A stretch of 64,000 bases of DNA from Trichinella spiralis (taxonomy: Eukaryota): the NCBI RefSeq assembly GCF_000181795.1, contig NW_003526948.1, forward strand, positions 2,040,980 to 2,104,979, given 5' to 3'. Made by a program: the position numbers and the translations under genes. Below, piece after piece: positions 1-14,400 of the stretch (positions are counted from its first letter, which is position 1; every line of letters begins with the position of its first letter). A model generated the notes under the pieces. That model did not search any database. It was not told the origin of the DNA and saw only the letters and a program-made list of their open reading frames with translations.

Positions 1-3000
1 AATGTGCTTTTTTTGCCAGTGTTGCATTTGGAAAAAATATGAAATCAATTGCACTTTTTGTTCTTTTTCGTGAACAGTGTTCTTTTTTCTTCTATATATA
101 TATGTATATATGAGAGATATTTAAATTTTAAATTATCAAAAGGAGAATGGAAAAATGGGGGACAAAATTGACAGAAAACAAATATTCGATTGCATAAATC
201 AAAACCTTTCTCATTAGAGAAATTTATTAACTACGCAATCGTGGAAATATCAAAACGTATTTTGCATAATTTATTGTCGCTTCAATTGTGAAACGGTTAT
301 AAATTTCAAAGCAATGCAATTATTACAAGATGAGCTGCTTGCGAACATTTTATTCTCTTGTATAGCAATCAAATACTTTTGTTCAGCATTGTCAGAAATG
401 GACTTTTTTTGTTTCTCATAGCAACATAAAATAAACCTTTTATAATTCATTCAATATATTTTCTTTTTGTTTCAATTTAAAATTTCTCATCAATTTTAAT
501 ATTATTCAAGTAGTATAAAATTAATATGACAATAATAATGATAAAACGTATCAATTGATCGTGTTTTTATTTACAGTTTAAAACTTTTCAAAGAAAAAAA
601 AATATTTTTTTTTTCTCCCTTGCAGTACGTGTGAAAAATTTGTTCGTTCTTACAAATAATGAGCAGGCAACTTATGACGACATCATTTGTGTCATTGAAA
701 AGCTTCACCTAATGTAACTTTAAATAAATCTTCATTATTATAGAAATAAATAGTGCCGTCAATCATCATATAAGGACAGACGTCACTGATAAAAATAAAT
801 ATTTAATAATAAATCACAGCATTATTGCAAAAGATAAATTTTACAATAAATTAACCCTGCTTAAGTGAAAATTTTCAATCTTGACAACAGATTCACAATA
901 ACTGTTTATCAACTTATTCGTTTATTTTTGTTTTGCAGATCACTTGCATCTTGCACATCACTTTTGCAGGAAAAAGCCTACCATTTCAAATTAGGGTTGA
1001 TAATTTTAACATGAAATTCATAATTTTTTTTGATTATATATCTATATTGTATTATCATCTACCTCGTTGGTGATAAGATTAGAAATAATCAACGTTTGCA
1101 AAGTTGGTATAACAATAAGAGATTATTTGCATGAAACATATTGATCGATACTGGTAAATTGTAGAATCATTGGAATTTTTTGTCATTTATTTAACTTTTC
1201 TATACAAAATGTATACGTTTGCATGTGTGCAGCGCTAAAGCATCATATGGGCTGTGGTGGAGGAAAACAAAAAGAGAAACATGTAATATTGAATCGAAGT
1301 AAATATTTATAATTCCATAAGCTTTCTTTAGATTTTTGTTTCAATAAATTAATAATAATAATGCCCATTGGCCCCTCCCCCAGTTAACTTTGGAAGAGTG
1401 CAGTCGAAAAGCGGAAAAATCAGAACCAATTTCCAATTAAAATACTCATAGCACAATTGACCCATATCGATTATCATTGTAATAAGGTTTATATTGAAGC
1501 TGCTTTTATAAACAGATGTAATGAATAATTGGTATGGCATGAAGTTCTAAACTAATTTGGGAATAAAATAGGCGCGTTCATTACTTTGTTGAATATGAAA
1601 TTTTGCTTTCATTTAATAAAATGAATCTGCACAGTGGAAGAAGTTGAACATTCGACCGACAAACAAACGTAAACAAGTAAAAAGCATGAACAGTTTACCG
1701 GGATTTGAAGTAGCTTGTGTAGCACAGTGTCGGTGTTTGCAATGGAGCCAGTGTTCTTTTTTATGTTAATTTCAGAAATACATGCACACACATATATATT
1801 TATATGAATATAAAAGAGAGAATAATAATCATTTGGACAAAAATGGCAGAGTAATTTTTCTGGTAGCAAAACTGATGTAATAATAATTGATGGAATTTGG
1901 CAGAAGAGAAAGAAATAGAAAAATCAGCATATATGCGCGTGTGGATTGAATGTGGAACCAGAGAACCAAGTGGGGACGACGTTGGCAAAGTAGTGCATAG
2001 CAGAAGCGGTGATAATGGTTTACGGCGGTCGGTGGTCGACTCTGAAATTCAATTGTTCCAAAATGTACTGGCACCGAGCAAAAACAAGCAGCCTTAGCCG
2101 AAATTTAATAAGTGAAGCATACTCGCGACGAAAAATAATTACACCGCAAGTATCGACACAGGGACGTAATGGCCGCGTCAGGAATTTGCGCAAATTTAAT
2201 AATAATTTCGTTACGGCTGTGTGGAATCGAAATTGAAGCGCTGGCCGAGAAGAAGAGGCAGGCAGGCAGGGAGGAAGAAGAATAAGAATTGTACAAGTGG
2301 GGTGGGGCAAGGCCCGAGAAAATGGTCCATCGAACCGCGGGACAGAAGATACCTTGGAGATATGGTCACCGAGGAATGGTGCACCGGGCAGAAGAATTCA
2401 CTGTTCAACGACAGAGGCCATTTTGGACCAGTTGAATCATTGGGACAGGCGAAATACTACTGCTCACCCGGGTGAGAGATTTAATACTGAAACATATTCA
2501 ATAACGTTGGGCCGGCGTTATTACGCAGAAATGTAATTTAATGTCAAGATCCTCGCATTAAGCGGAACAAAGCTTTGCGCCAGGGTCGCCGTCGATTAAT
2601 CTGACGAATTGATTGTGAACCTCCTGACCGGTGGTGGTGGTGGTCGTCGTGGTCGTGGTCGTGGTCTGCTTTCTCATCGACACATTCAGCATGATCATTT
2701 CACTATAATCACGCTGCTTCAATAAATGATACTTTTTGTATCAGAAAATATACGAAGCAAACATTGCAAAATTCCCAACTGGTAGATTGCAATTTTTGAA
2801 CTTAACTGACAAATCATCCCAAGTACAAAAGGTTCCCTCTTGGAGCATATTCTCGTTGTTGTTGGTACAGATTTCTCCACACTTGTGATGCGGGATAATT
2901 TTGAAATTTTCCCCGTACAATTTTTGTATTTGCTTTTAATCAGCAAATCAATTTTGCAAAAAGGGAAATAAATTATTGATCGATCGTTCGACAATAAAAA

Positions 3001-6000
3001 TTCTTCCCCTTCATACAGTTCAGACTAGATGACGACCACCGACTGACTGACTGATGGCAGATGCCGGCTTTTTGTCGTGGAATTTCCAAATTGATCCCGG
3101 CCAACATATATGCAAGAGGGTCGTGGAAAAGGAGCAACGCGTCGTCATGATCGGCGCATTTTTATTTCAATACTGAACGTGCTGATCACTGTGAGTTATG
3201 ATTAATTACAAAGCGGAGTCAATTTGACATGAAATAAAATGAAAATCCAATGAACAAAGTGCTGCAGCGTTGGTATTGATCTAAGTCGGCGGCGGCTCGC
3301 AAAACGACAATAAGGAAATGCACTTTTCCACTGAACACCGACATCAACTTATGCCTACAATGACTCATATTTTAAAATTTTCCCCCCCATCATTTACATC
3401 CAATCCACTGCAAAAAGGACAATTTACAAATCCCGCGACGTTGGTGTACTTTTTCCATTTCATTCTTCACTTTTTATACGAGCACAACATATGCTGCATC
3501 TAATATCAGGGCAGAAAATTGTCGTCTTTCAAAAAAATTTTTTTCAAAAAAAAAATAATTTATCCACTTTATTATTAATCGAATCGTATAATTCATTGTT
3601 CAACTTGCGTGCTGGCATAGGAGAGGAGAAAATATTTATTTGCCAACAATAAGATAGCTGTTGTTTGTTTCCGCCCGAAAATTCAATATTACAACAGATA
3701 ATGTTCTTGACATTGCGTCCATATTCCACATCATATACGCTTTATAAAAAGTCAGCAAAAGCAAATAAACCACCGAACGATAAGATAATGATGAAAAATG
3801 GCTATCGATTAATCAAAAGGAAAAAAAATTCTACATTTTATAGAACTGTATCAAGAATAAAATACAATAAATTCATTTCTCTTGTTTCATCATTATCATC
3901 TGTGGAGTTGTAGAAATGGGAAAAAATCCGAAACATAACGCATTGAAATAAATGCAAATATGATTGTTCATAATCATTTTAATCAATTATCAAACAATTT
4001 TGCTCTCATTGTAAAAGTATACAGTTCAACGGGGTCTTGATTGATTGCATTGGAATTGAGTAAAGGTGCTTTGAATTAAATACAAAACTTTTCAACTTTT
4101 GCATGGTCGGTTGAAATTTTGACAAATATCGAATCAGAAAATGAATAATTTTACTATTTATTCAATTGATGCAATTTGTGATGGAAAAGTTTGTTTAAAT
4201 TTATAACAGTTAACAGTTGAATCATTTCAAGCGAAATACAGAAGCATCGTATCCAGAAATAAAGTATTTAAAAATAGTATTACTGTAAGAGTTTGTGCAA
4301 ACTTTATTCATTGACGAATGAGACTTGTCAAATCAGTGGTAAGTGATGTAACGTTTGAAAATAGTATTTCAAGTGCATCAGTGTTGAAATTGTTTGACAA
4401 TATGCTAATCATTGGTGGATGGTGATAATTTTTTAATTTTTAAATAAAACTTTTCACGCAGTACATTTGAATTGCAGTGGAGTAAGTATGTGGGCAGTTT
4501 TCCAAAAGTCAACATTGGGAAAGGGAAAATTTCGAAAACCGTGTATCATTGTTTGTTTCAAAGCATTAAAGCAGCTTTATGATTCACAGTGATTCATGAG
4601 CATTGAATTCGATGAATGTAAAACATGATGTTGAGAATCTCTGATTTGTATACACGATCTACTACTACTACTACTACTCATTGTATGATATGGAAATTTT
4701 GGTTGAAAAAAAAACAAACAGCGATATTTGTAAAGATGATTCATACAAATTCATGTACTACAAAAATTGGAGCAGAAATTAAAGTTCAAAAAAAAATTAA
4801 ACTCTATTTGAATAAAATACTTGGCATAAAAATGCAACATAAACTCGTATTGTAATCAGTGGAACTGCAACACTTCTGCTGCACACGAACGTGGAGTAGA
4901 TTTAATTTTAGTGAAAATTTAAAATTTCCCTTTTCAACTTTTCTAATCACACTACAGAATTAGGCTTGCTCGGATGAAAAGTGCAATGCGCATTTGGGTC
5001 ACCTCGCATTAATATGCAAATTTGGTTCAAAATTATAATTGCTGTTCTACTTTTACAAAAGAAAAAGGCATAAATTTGGAAAATGTGCATGACTTACTGG
5101 ATGGGAAATGATGACTGTCTTTGAATGAATAAAAGTGGCCAAGTGTTTGGCACTGTTTCAATATTGACATTGTCACTTTGACTTGATCATTTGAATTTGC
5201 TACCGTTTTCTAATAAGCGGATAGATGCTTCGGCGAAAATGGACGTAACTGAAAATAACGTAAATTATATTCCTTTAAATGTAAAAGCTAATTTAATAAC
5301 GAACGTGAAAAGGCTTAAATCAATAAAAATTTAGTTTTTCGAGTGTTAAAGGCTTCAAAAATGTCTTATCTCATAAAGAATAATTGAGCGAACACTAATA
5401 CAAGCTTCGAAATTAATCATGTCGAAATTGTACGACTGTCTAGTTTGTTGTTTGTTTTTATATGTTTCACATTTGTTTATAATAATTTTTTCGTTCATAA
5501 TATAATAATTTTATTATTAATAATTAATAATTGCAAGGTACAGTCTGCTGTTGTTCTACTGGTGGTAGACTGTTGATATCAGGTGTACAGACATGATGCA
5601 AATTTGAATGACACTAAACAGAAAGGTGGTGAGAGTGATCAGTGGAGATTAGATAGATAAAGTCAAAACATTTACTTTTTACAATTTTGAATTATTAATT
5701 TATTATTTATGCGATGAGGAGAAATTTTTTGTCAAAAATTATGCATATCAGAATTTTTGTTATGTTTCATAGAATACCAACTGTCCCATTCAGTGGCGCT
5801 GTTGAATTGGCAATGTAAAAGTTGATGAAACTGTGAATGATTGATCAATTGATAAACCTCTTTGGAAATTATTTTGTGTTGCATTGAATGGAAGAATTTA
5901 TTGGATAAGTCAGCTAAGCAGCCATAAGCAATGTGAATAAGAAAATCGAGAAAACAAACTAAAATAAAAAAAATGTTAATGAAATCAAACTACCTGCTTA

Positions 6001-9000
6001 TGTAGGGGGGAGGGGGATAATTTTTCAAACAAATTTTCATGAATATCAAATTTTTATTAAAATTAATCCATTTCCTTATTGTAAGTGCAATTTATGAACT
6101 GCTCTTTTTGAAATTTTGCAATTATCGATGCATGGAGAAAAGTATTTTGTACAAATTCTTTTGTCCAATTTTTGATAATTACTAAACGTGAAATTTTCAT
6201 AATTTATTCTGCAAACAGTTGATACTGTGCAAAAAAGACACTCTTACCGAGTGCATTTGCATGCAAATGCCCGTTTCAATTGTATACATTGAAAAATAAG
6301 CAGTGATGATCACTTTTTGATAAGCAATAATAATAATAATAATAAATGTGATAATCATTGTAATATTTACTTGAATTCGATTCAATAATTCGGTCAGTAT
6401 TTAAATTTTGCCCAACTGCAGTGCACGGTGAGAAAAGTGATAAATGTAGCAGCTTACTGCTGTGACGATAGCAAATATAAAATTACCAGCAACAGGGCAC
6501 AGTTTTGTTGTTTAATATGCATCAATTGATCAAAATGTACACAGTTTGTTGAATTGTTTATAAATTTATTCTTATGAATCATTATTAACTTCAGAAAAGC
6601 ATAAATAGACGGATTGAAAAGAAAATAATATTTGATCGTAAAATTCAGTTGAAAATGAGCAACAATTATATCCCACTTTTTAAATGTAAGTAATTAAAAC
6701 AAATAATTTTCTTTTCAATTTTTTGTTTGCTCAGAAATTAAATAAACTGATATTTATTTATTTATAATTATTTGAAAAAAAATTTTTTCGTTTTTTTTTG
6801 AAGTTTGAAAATTTGCAAAAGAATGCAAGTGATGAAGATGTGACGAGCGGAAAATAAATGGAAAAAGCGCCCAGAAGAATTACCATAAGATTTGAAGTTC
6901 AAATAACATATTGAAGATAAATATAAGAAAAGAGTAATTAAATTTCATGATCTTATTTTATGGTTAACTGAATAATTACGGGTTGCTTGATTAGTTTCGG
7001 TTTCACAAAAGATTCGGCCATGCTATATTAGTAAAGATAATGTTAACGTAATTTATAATATAATATGATTAAAAATTGGAATAATTGACATCGCCCGTTT
7101 ATTGGAAATTTATCGCAAAGCCGGGGCAAAATCATCAATAACAAACTATCAAAGCTACCAATATCCAAACAAATATCACTATACAAACATTGGTATGAGA
7201 TATTCATTAAAGGATGATAAATAAATAAATAAATAAATATGGATGCTTTTATATTTTTAATTTCAATAAATTTGTTCAATTGTCATCATGGAAAAATAAA
7301 ATGATAAATTCTTTCCTACTTTTTAAATATTAATACACGAAGCAAGAGAGGAGAAATTTTGAAAATCAATTTGCTAAACAAACTCACCTTTTACAAGTAT
7401 CAACAACATAAATTGGCAATATAAAAAATATGCATATTTTTTTAATGTATGCTTGGTTTTTTCTTTTTGCTCAACCTGATGAATAATGTTGTTCAGTGTG
7501 ATGAATAAATTCATGATGGAGAGGAGCAAGTTGCGATGAAAAGAAAGTGGTTGCCTTCCATGTGTGTGGAACATTTTTGGCATCAGTGGGTAAATATTTG
7601 CAAAATGCCTCCCCCCAATGACGACTCTTTTAAGGTAACTTGATCAGAAAAAGCGGTCGGTGAAGAAGTATAGAAGGACAATAAGAAAACGGTATTATTC
7701 ATACATTTATTCATTCAAACCGATCACTGACAAATAATAATACAATTGGATATTTCAAAAAAGAAAAAATTATTATTTTTTTGGTTTGAATTTTAATTTA
7801 AAATTATAATTGAATAACTTTTCTTGAAAAGCTATAAATACAATTGTTGAACAGAGAGAGAGAGAGGGGGGGGGGCGCAAGAATCGATAATAACTTTCAT
7901 AATTAATAACAAATATTATCAAAATAAATAAATAAATAAATACTCACAACTTCAATGTAATAAGCGATGTAATGCTTTGTTCGTTGTTTAAGGAAAATAT
8001 GTCGATTTATTAGTGTGTAGGTGGACAAAGTGTTTTTTATTAGCAAGAAAAGTTTGAAAGAAGCGCATAGAATTGGGGAAGCTGCACAAGAGTAGCTGTT
8101 CGAAATGCTTATTGAACTATTAGTTTGCACATTTATAAAAGCAAACATAAGATAATGAATTGTTTTTCATTTAATGTTGTTTTGTTATCATCTATTTACT
8201 TACAGGATAGATGATAAATATGCTTTTTGAAGCTTTTTGCTGATTTGAACATTTGAATAGATCAAATGATTTCTACGTTCATCATCATGCTAATAAATTG
8301 TTAAAATAAATAAATATATTTCATAAAAAATGAACAAACAAACAATAATAGTAATAAAATTTCACTGCCATTTAGTGTAACAACAATTCCATCGCTTATT
8401 TTTCGCTCCACTATTGTTATCATTTATTTAAAATTCAAAAATGAATTGGCGAAATACTAATTTTCTCTAACAAAAACCAAGAAAAAAAATCACTGACGTC
8501 TGTGCTTGATTGAAATTTTAAAATAGCATTTTTTTAATTAGCTTGCTGTTTTTTGTGTTTATTTTTAATGTTTGTTTTTTTGTCTGCTTCAAGAGTCAAG
8601 TATTGAAATTATAAATGTAACATAAAATATAAAATACACGTAGATGTGATGTTTTTGAAGTAAAAAACAAAACAAATTAAGAGAAATGAAAGGAACTAAC
8701 GAAAAATGCAAGCATTACTTACAATATATATATATATATATATATTCATTTAATATAATGTAATGAATAATATTTTAGGATGATAAATAATTTCATGTCA
8801 TAGCTAGTAACAAATGAATCGTAAATATAAATAAGATTCAAAGGAACATTTTCAACATAAATCTTATAGCATGGAAAATAGCATTGCACAAGCTTTGCCA
8901 ACTACTACACTGCTTCTCACAACGGGACAGGTTTTGAGCACGATTATTTTTGCTTTTTTCGCCATGCAGCATAAGCTTTATAGCTTTTTTAAATTGTATG

Positions 9001-11452
9001 TTGCACATGGCGGTGCCAATTATATACGTATATATATACATTTACATAGAATACCAGCAGATGATAGAAGTAAACCAATCACTGTTGATCACACAAAGGC
9101 AACTTCTTCATACTGAATTGACAAAAAGGCTCTTCGAATAACGCCTGCTTTCACTGGTATATTTTGCAAATTTTTCCCTTTCAACATGCAAACTTTATTT
9201 TATTATTGATTTCGACAAAAAAATCATGTTGTAAATATGTTTTGAAGTAAAAAAATTATAATAATAGATGTAATAACAGAAGAAAAAAATTTAGTTGAAA
9301 AAGTGGAAGTTGTCCTTTTTGAACAATTTTCGGTATAAAATGCAAAAAGCTGCAGTGATGGAAAACCGTGTGATTTGGAATTAACAAAACAATTTTGAAC
9401 AGTCGCACTATGCAAACATTAATTTCGTAAAATCAATATTTCTGTTTATGTTATGTAAATAAAATGTTACTGGCTCTAATGTCATCGCAAACAGGTTTGC
9501 AGCTTTTAGTGAATTATTGAATTGTACACGGAAAAAGTGATATCTTTTCAATAGATAAATATTAATTTTTACAATATACATATATATATATACATATATC
9601 AGTTCAATTTTACCCTTTCGGTATGGTTTTCATTTTTAATTTTATATAATTTTTGCAAAACAGAACAAATTATCCATAATATCAATGATAATATGATTAT
9701 TATTATTATTATGCACAAATGGAAATTTGTTTGAGCAATTTCCAAGTCCAGCTGCTGTTTTTGCAAAATTTTGCAACCGACGGTGACGTGTAAATTATGC
9801 TTTAAAAATGTTCACCAATTTCAATAGAAGCGTAGGATCATAATTATCAGACATCAAAAGGAGCGTTAATAAATGGTTCTTTTTTGTTCTGCAAACGCGC
9901 CGTAGACGTCGTCTACAGGCCGACGATAATTTGTCAAGCACATTTTCTTCAATTGATTGAAAAGTGGATGAAAACGACCGCCGATAAACAATGTACCAAT
10001 GAATCATTGAATTTTATTTCAATTTATTTTTCATTGTTCCGCAACTGAGCAAAATCCAACGATTGTTCTCTTCTTCAAACCTGAAAATCTTTTCTAAAAC
10101 CATATACTAATTTGCATAATTGTTTGTTATTTATTTGTCGAAGTCGTTGTTCCATTTCTGCTTGCATTGTTTATTCAACTTTACAACAAAAGTAAACAAC
10201 ACTGTTCAATTCAACCGTGCAAAAGTGAAAAACGAGGAAGAAACGCATTCACCGGTATAGGTAAAATGAATATAAAATTGAATTATGTTTCATTTTCATT
10301 TTCTTCATCCTTTTTTATTTAAATAAAATCTTCTTAACTTTTCATCGTAGCATGGTAATAAACTAAGTTGAATGTCTTTTTATATTCCATTTTTGCAAAA
10401 TCTACCAAACAAAAGAAAAATGCTCATTTTAATTTTAGTACTTGAAAGTCAATCAAATTGACTCAAATCAAATTTGATATGGTGGTTGTATTCTCATTTT
10501 ACAAAAAATTTTCCAATTGGGGCAGGAGGGAATCATTTTAATAATATTGCTATGAAAATATATGCAATTTGAAAAAGTCTTTTCCGTTTGTTTGTTTAAG
10601 CAATATTTTGTAAGCTGATTTGATGACGAATTTGATAAGTAACGACGATGACGACAAATTGTTTCTTCTAAGTAGAACAATATGCTTTGTAGAATAGGAA
10701 AAATTTTTACTTCCAATATAATAGAATATTTGTGTGTGGAGTTTTAGTGGCAAGATTTTTTTTTGATCTATAACTGTGATTATTGACAATAAAAAAATTA
10801 TATTGTTCTGCAGTTGAAAATAAATTCAACATCCCAACGCTGCTGCTTGCCCGTGAGCAGTTTATTATGATAAATTATGATGATCGACTGAGAAACGTTC
10901 AATTCTATAATACTGAAGATAGTTATCATTTATTAATTTTTTTCAAAAATTAAATCTATTAATTAGTACGTATATTATAAATCTTTATCTTAAAAATTCC
11001 GCCAAGTGGAAAATTGGTGATTAAAATTGATTAATGACCATTTTCACCATATCAGATTATTTCAAACAACTGGCTTATTCATCATGCAGCAAGTTATAGT
11101 TTTCAAGTTAAACATTTTACAATTTATCGTACTCTTTTTCAAATATTAGCCTTTTTGATGGACAGCTTTTTTTGCTGAATACGTTTCAAATGTCACTTGA
11201 AAGAATGAACGTTAGCTGTTAAGCTAATGATGAACTATTTCGAAACAAATTCTTTTCTTCTTCTATTATTATAAGCCTGAACATTTTGAAATTCCAATCA
11301 ACTATATATCTATATAATGATGCTTAATTTACTGTTGTTGCTTTTAATTTTCGGCTGCATATGGGAAAATATGAACAATTTATTAAACATTATTTTACTT
11401 CTTTTTTGCCCCGCTTGGATATGGGAGTGGTTATTCCTTATTTTTCTCAACA

Positions 11453-14400
11453 TCAAGTTCGTTCATCAGTTTTTGTCTCTTCTTTGACGCTGTTCAAATT
11501 CCACCGACGAGCCGGCACTGAAGGCATCGGTGATATCCGCGGCACCTGGTTGAAATTTATCGACTGATTAATTTTGGAAGTTGCAACGGTTGCAATTCGA
11601 TCATCATTATCATCTCTTGCCGTTTCGTCGACTACAGGAAGCAGATCGTTGTTGGATGATTTCCACGGTAGCTCTTTTTCCGTGAGCGTTATGCCTCCTT
11701 TTTTTGGACCTGCCAATACAGAATATAGTCTTGCATGAAGTTGATCCTTTGCATTATAATGCAAATTTATTGTTATTTTTGAGCTAATACAAAATTTACC
11801 TTGTCTGCCACAGGAAAAGTAACTTGTCAGAGAATCGGTGGAATCTGAAATACAAATAATATTCAACTGTACAGTTGAAAATAATTCACACTCACTGGCA
11901 TATTGAATAGTAGCATGCAATTCATTATAGATTCTGAATAATCATCTACTCCTTTGAATAAACATCCCCTTATGACTGACTTTGAAGCGGTGTAATATTA
12001 GACAAAAAGCAAATGTTGGAGCATTACAAAATAAGTTATAAATACAACTGTAAGATGTACAATTTACATACCGTTGTTGGCTTTTTCATAAAATGCGACA
12101 CGCTTTTTTGAATGATTGGCATCATTTCCATATTTGTAAGATATAATCGGCTTGGATGGAATATTTCGCAAAGAACGAACAGGCAAATTTTCGTCGTACG
12201 TAATTTCTTTGCTCTCTTGTACAGACGACTGAAATGAAAATAAACTGCAAAAAAAGACGAACAGGAAAGCAAATATTTTTTGCACGTCTGGCATACTGTG
12301 GCTGCGGCATTGGTTTTATCCTTGTAGCAGTGTCTGTGCTTTTTGTCGTGCAAAGTTCGATGATGATTTGACTGATGTTCAACCATTTTATTCGACTGAC
12401 TTTCAAATATATTCATATCTAGTACTGGTTTTGCATCCGCATTTTGTTCATTTGAAAAATCACTAAAACATTCTATTATACATACATGTATGTGTGTATG
12501 TATGTATGTTTATTTATTCATATTTTGAAGTAGTTGGAAATTTTTAAAAATATAAAAGGAAAATTTACGTTGCGTTTTGAAGCGAATAATTTCGAATGAG
12601 CGCAGAAAGTGAACCATCGGATGGCAATGGAAAATTGCCAAACCTTGCCCAATGATCCATGGCTTCTTTGAGATTTATTTGCGTGAACAAGTCGACAATT
12701 TCTGTATTGACTGTTTTCGGTGCATCACGCATCAGTAGAGGTTTCAAATATTTTGTATTATAATATTCATATCTATTCAAAGATCAAAATTATGCGTAGA
12801 TTATGATTAAAGATTTTATAATGGAAATTTACTTATCACGAATGGAGTGGTGACCCCTTAATCCGCATATATCTTCTATTCCTGAGCATATGTGATCCAG
12901 CAGCTAAATTATTTCATTTTTTTAACTATAGAATTATATTCATTACTAAAAGTACTGCTTGAAAAGTTTAAAAGAAATGCTTTTTTCGTCATATTTTGAG
13001 AAATAATTTTCCCAATATTCAAATATAGAAGAATTAAATTTAAAAATAAAATAAAATAAAATGCATACGCGATCAGTCATTTGTTCATGTAGAGTTTTGT
13101 CATGCTTTTCTTGTCTTTTCACTTTCAAAAAGTTGACCAATGGCTTTATGGTCATGCCTTGTAAGAACACCGTGAAGAATATTACCACTATTGTCGTAGT
13201 GACAAAAATTTGTTTTGCTGGGATAAGTTTCTCATCCAGTGCTGTCACTAAGCCATAAGCAATTGCACCGCGTAAGCCACCGTATGCCATGATAAATTGA
13301 TCAACGGTATTTAACTTTTCAATGCGAAATTTGTTGATAAAAAAGGTTTGTAGGACAACACCTGAAAATTTATTCCTGCATATTTTTAACCAATACTGAA
13401 TGGTTTGAAATTTGCTTTATTATTATTATTATTGTTGTTGTTGTTGTTACCTATAGTTCGATAGACAAGACAGAAGAATATTGTCAACGCAATGAATGCC
13501 GTATCCCACTGATGGTAGGTGCTTACAGTTGAAAGTCCAAGAAACATGAATATTACCGTTTCTGAACTAGAACTGAGCATTTTTAGAAAGTACTGAACTG
13601 TAGTTTGCGACTTTTCAGAAACATTTCCTTCAACGTACTGCTTCATTGAAATACCACAAAAGACAATTCTAAAATTGAATTTTTTTTTAAATGAATTTCA
13701 AAATCAAATCCAAAAATGTAAGCAAGTTTATTTTGGAACAAATCAGCCACAGTATTCTCATGATTTGCAATCCAAACGCATTGAAAAGCCAACAACAAAT
13801 CCATGCCGTAAAATGTTTATATAATCGTTTATGCAGATGAGAGAAATGTATAATTTTTAGAGCTTCAGCTTATTTTAAAATCAGTGAACTTCAGCTTGTT
13901 GTTGGGGATCAACAAAAAAGAAATTAATATAATAATAGAAATATTTATGGTTAAATGATTAATAATAAATACAACAAACTGAATTTTGTTGTGATGTAAA
14001 ATTTTTCTTTTTTAAATTTTAGACAACTATTCAACATTTGCAATCGATACAATTTAAGATCCACAAAAATTGGCATTCATTTTCAAAACATTATAATGCT
14101 ATAATAATGCTGTTTAAAGATTGATTTCTTCAAATAATTGTAATAATAAATGTTTTTGTTTTATTCTCAAGTATCGGTTTTGTTAAATTTATTTTCCAGA
14201 GAAAGCATTATAAAAGCAGAAAAATTAGCCTATAAAAGGACGATGGCTCCGTATGGATAAAAGCTATAAAATCAGTCTGAGCTGAATTAGGCAAGCAAAA
14301 TTCAAAGTAAATTCACTTGTACAAATTAATCACCGGTTTATTACCATTACCAAGCTTTTATATTATAATAAATAATCCGTTTTATTGTACCTTTTTAGTA

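Noticed and set aside
5540..5571. Possible miRNA-like hairpin (CAGTCT...AGACTG)
   Set aside because: It is only about 32 nt, relies on G-U pairs and matches no conserved miRNA I recognise.
9795..10081. 70-aa minus-strand ORF with a GTAGACG-T-CGTCTAC inverted repeat
   Set aside because: No recognisable homology or consistent exon chain, and the hairpin is too short to be meaningful.
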